Positions 13,666 to 14,270 of a stretch of 14,270 bases of DNA are shown here, in pieces. This DNA is from Nitrospiraceae bacterium (GTDB lineage: Bacteria; Nitrospirota; Nitrospiria; Nitrospirales; Nitrospiraceae), in the NCBI GenBank assembly GCA_050731155.1, contig JBOHOI010000053.1, positions 1-14,270 on the forward strand, written 5' to 3'. A program made the translations under genes and the position numbers. Below the pieces are notes generated by a model. That model was not told the DNA's origin, made no database searches, and worked only from the letters and a program-made list of their open reading frames with translations. Numbering within the stretch: position 1 is the stretch's first letter; the number at the start of each line of letters is the position of its first letter.

Positions 13666-14133
13666 GTGAAGTCCATTCTGTGTATCTGCACGGGGAACGT
13701 CTTTCGGAGCCTGGCCGCGGAGTACGCCTTGAAGGCCTGGCTCGGGCCGGACTCGGGTTACGTCGTCGGTTCGGCCGGCATCGAAGCGCTTCCCCAGCCG
13801 GTGCATCCGCTCGTCAGGGACTGCTTGCTGGAGAAAGGGGTCGACCCTTCGCCTCATGTGCCACGGAAACTCACACAGGAACTCCTTCATGGAGCCGATA
13901 TTCCCGTCGCGATGGGCTTGGACCATAAGGAGTTTATCCGCCGGCATTTTCACCGGGAGGTGCTTCTGTTCAACCAGATTTGCTATCAAAAGGAAGAACC
14001 CATTCTTGACGTTCACGAAGCGATGCCGAACTGGCCCGTCAGCCCAGAGGCGGCACGCAGCTATGTCGTCTCCGTCATTGACTATATCTGGAACGCCATG
14101 CCTGCCTTTCTCGCCAGGATTCCCCACTTATAG
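13666..14133 (+). CDS. Low-molecular-weight phosphotyrosine phosphatase / ArsC-like family protein (CX5R P-loop)
   Basis: From GTG 13666 (GGGAGGG RBS 7 nt upstream) the protein starts VKSILCICTGNVFRSLAAEY…, the LMW-PTP P-loop (V-C-x-G-N-x-C-R-S) with the second Cys replaced by Phe. The track ORF from 13513 adds an implausible N-terminal extension. Confidence 0.7.
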   Translation: MKSILCICTGNVFRSLAAEYALKAWLGPDSGYVVGSAGIEALPQPVHPLVRDCLLEKGVDPSPHVPRKLTQELLHGADIPVAMGLDHKEFIRRHFHREVLLFNQICYQKEEPILDVHEAMPNWPVSPEAARSYVVSVIDYIWNAMPAFLARIPHL

Positions 14134-14270
14134 TTCCTGAGTAGCCGCTTTTTTGAGTGGCTCCAGCAGCTTCTCATGCACCTTGAGATTGCCGCGGCCC
14201 ACGCCTACTTCGATGTCAGGTTTCGTGAGGCCGTGGAAGTCGCTCCCACCGGTAACAAGCAGATTCAGAC
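14128..14270 (-). CDS. PHP-domain phosphoesterase (TrpH/YciV-like), C-terminal end; gene continues beyond the right edge
   Basis: The reverse strand reads …LNLLVTGGSDFHGLTKPDIEVGVGRGNLKVHEKLLEPLKKAATQEL*. TGGSDFHG is the last metal-binding motif of PHP-family phosphatases. Its stop is convergent with the phosphatase gene and overlaps it by 6 nt. Confidence 0.55.
   Translation of the reverse strand, partial: LNLLVTGGSDFHGLTKPDIEVGVGRGNLKVHEKLLEPLKKAATQEL

Noticed and set aside
1-14270. CRISPR arrays, tRNA/rRNA genes, integrase or transposase genes
   Set aside because: No regularly spaced direct repeats with unique spacers are present. No cloverleaf-compatible T-arm/acceptor signature was found; the GGGAG…CTCCC hairpin near 13115-13145 does not fit a tRNA. 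No recombinase or transposase motifs appear in any frame. The interspersed repeats are reported as repeats only.

Overview
GC-rich bacterial chromosomal segment of about 14.3 kb, roughly 58-62% GC in most genes, all read directly from sequence and the ORF track; no searches were run. The first 7.2 kb is a defence locus on the + strand. It holds a type I restriction-modification operon in the unusual order hsdR (3' end only, gene enters from the left edge) - hsdS - hsdM. Two extra, visibly AT-richer ORFs are embedded between the hsd genes and translationally coupled to them: a 195-aa protein between hsdR and hsdS, and a 349-aa protein between hsdS and hsdM. Both carry R-x4-H (HEPN-like) motifs; the larger one has a near-canonical LRNKIEH motif and looks DUF3644-like. 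A 17-bp perfect hairpin follows hsdM. Next comes a two-gene cassette: a winged-HTH protein with an N-terminal PD-(D/E)xK-like module, then an AbiEii/MNT-like nucleotidyltransferase. The right half is a mixed, partly decayed region. It contains a SWIB/MDM2-domain protein, a hypothetical gene on the - strand, a zinc-ribbon membrane protein, a 51-codon C-terminal remnant of a second, different hsdM, a small membrane protein, an SPFH/band-7 protein, a DUF433-DUF5615 toxin-antitoxin-like pair, a PilZ-like protein on the - strand, an LMW-PTP/ArsC-like phosphatase, and the 3' end of a PHP-domain gene on the - strand. A short C/T-rich plus GC-hairpin motif (CCTCCTCCCCCGCGCCTTCCGCGG...) recurs six times in intergenic DNA, together with two longer two-copy repeats and a roughly 1-kb gene-poor AT-rich region. 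No CRISPR array, rRNA or tRNA was recognised. The main candidate for an undescribed system is the pair of HEPN-like ORFs nested inside the type I R-M operon. By analogy they could be latent RNases guarded by the R-M complex, as PrrC and RloC are, but here without an ABC ATPase. The downstream wHTH/NTase module may belong to the same island.
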